Shown here: positions 62,431 to 64,000 of the stretch, one piece after another
Layout of the letters: each line of letters begins with the position of its first letter
Position numbering within the stretch: the first letter of the stretch is position 1
From: Camelus dromedarius
Taxonomy: Eukaryota
Assembly (NCBI RefSeq): GCF_036321535.1
Contig: NC_087437.1
Location: 120,220,001-120,284,000 of the forward strand
DNA length: 64,000 nucleotides
Reading direction: 5' to 3'
The notes under the pieces: model-generated
Databases searched by the model: none
What the model was told of the DNA's origin: nothing
Seen by the model: only the letters and a program-made list of their open reading frames with translations
Translations under genes and position numbers: made by a program

Positions 62431-63783
62431 CAGGCTCATTTCATTATCTTCCACCATAGCCCCTGGCAGGCTGGGCTGTGCCACTATGGTTCCCCCTGTG
62501 CCCCCATGGCCTCCCGCAGCCCAGGGCCAGGCCTGTCCCACTGACCTCGAATTCCCAGACCTGGCTCATGTCCTCCAGCAAGGGGTCACCATGAGGAGAT
62601 CCAGGAGAGCTCCACGAAGGGATGAGACCTGTGACAACCGATGAGGCCAATGTAGAGACATGGGGCCTGTTAGACACCAAGCCCCTAGCAGCGAGCCCAG
62701 CCTCTGGCAAGGCCTCCAGGGGCTGGTATTAGGGGAGGGTGGGCAGGGGCAAGAGGTAGTCTAGGAGGGAGCTGTTTCCATGGTGACAGTGGCCCCTCTG
62801 GCTCTGGGGACATCCCAGAGCTGGGGGCCAGGGGCAGAGTGCTGTGTGCAGGGTCTGAGGGAGTCAAGCCTCCCCTTTCTTCCTTGTTAGCTGATTCCCA
62901 GTGCAGACCTCCGGAACCTCTCACCGCAAGCTTGTCAACTGAACCAGGCTGAGTTAAATACTCTGTTGTTGGCAGCCCCAGGCATTCGAATGGACACAGC
63001 ATGTTAGAAGGTACTTGTAACGCATTGTGATGGGAGCTCCGACATGGACACCATGAGAGGTCAAGGCAGGAAGCTCCCCTCTGGCAGCTAGCTGTGGCCC
63101 CAGGATCTCCTCCTCAGTGGGCGTGAAAGTGATGCCCATGTGGCTGGGCTTCTCTGGTCCTCTCCATTTCCTGAGATGTGTTCTGGAATTTCCAGACTAT
63201 ATTCACTGAGAGGCTCACTGTCTTAGGCTGGTGTTTATCCCACTGATTGAGGGTTTGGTGTCCACGCTGTCATCCCTGGTGGCTCACCACGTGGCAGAAC
63301 TACACTGGGTGTTTCCTTATGTTAACTCTATTCTCCCCACTTGACAGAAGAGGAGAGGTGGGCTGCAAGGAGAGGACGAGACCACTCAGGCCACACAATG
63401 GGGAACTGCATTCTGTCTGCTACCTGACACCCAGGGACTAAGCCTGTTGCTAGAAACCCTCTGAAAGAGTCTCTCTTCTGTTCTCCTGGTCTCCATTCAG
63501 ACCTGCCCACTCTCGTTCCATGGCCCCTGTCAGTTTTGGATGGGCTTCCTCCTTCCCTTTGCCTCTCTGGGGACCTGAGTCATGGGTGCAGACACAGCCA
63601 GTCAGGTTGCCTGCTCGCTCTGTTTCCTTGACAGCAAATAGAGCAAGTGATCCATCACTGGTTTTGCTCCAGCACTTTGGAAACATCGTGTGTGTGTGGC
63701 AGGGAGGTGGGGGGAGGTTGAAGGGAGTTTCATTTCCTCTCTCTCCTCATGTGTTAGTTTCCATGGCTGCGATAACGAAGTGT

Positions 63784-63822
63784 ATCATTGTCTTCATCAT
63801 CATCATCATCATCTCCATCATC
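63784..63822 (+). repeat. (CAT)n short repeat
   Basis: catcatcatcatcatcatctccatcatc. Confidence 0.8.
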
Positions 63823-64000
63823 CCAGAACTGAGATGGTAAGAGCCTGGATTCAGGTTCTGGCAGCAAAATTGAGGAAAAAAGGGACACATTTGAAAGACA
63901 TTATGACAGAATCATATATAGACTTAGAGAGGAAATAAATGATGGGGAGAAAAAAGAAAAAGAGAGTTGGTGATGGCCACGCATGTGGTCCCCAGAATAG

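Noticed and set aside
1..64000. Hundreds of 60-310 aa ORFs (e.g. 8573-9505, 8823-9635, 16129-17055, 42018-42881)
   Set aside because: Pro/Gly/Ala/Arg-rich, overlapping on both strands, many starting at non-ATG codons, no recognisable domains; expected in high-GC DNA where stop codons are rare.
1..64000. CRISPR array, retron, or other prokaryotic or viral system
   Set aside because: No repeat-spacer periodicity or operon-like gene packing; the only reverse transcriptase is LINE-1 ORF2.

Overview
This is mammalian genomic DNA, very GC-rich outside the L1s, and looks like a gene desert or a very large intron in a high-GC isochore. A tRNA-derived SINE resembling camelid vic-1 (57183-57290), cetartiodactyl-type L1 3' tails, and no recognisable Alu, Bov-A/tA or B1 elements suggest a camelid (inference). 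I could not support any host protein-coding gene, RNA gene, CRISPR array or prokaryotic system. The only recognisable protein homology is to LINE-1 ORF1/ORF2 remnants; the other ORFs in the track are the expected by-product of high GC and simple repeats. Main content: a near-full-length ancient L1 (~41.95-48.6 kb), a young 5'-truncated L1 with a perfect 15-bp TSD (57.6-60.0 kb), about ten MaLR (MLT1) solo LTRs, MER21-, MER74-, LTR33- and LTR16-like LTRs, MER58B, MIR and L2 relics, microsatellites, a CpG island at ~36.8-37.1 kb and several enhancer-like unique segments. Repeat family names come from recalled consensus sequences and boundaries are approximate (no RepeatMasker run). I found no convincing novel biological system. 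The best leads are the orphan CpG island, local GC drift of old repeats, the recent L1 next to a candidate regulatory element, and two exon-like segments.
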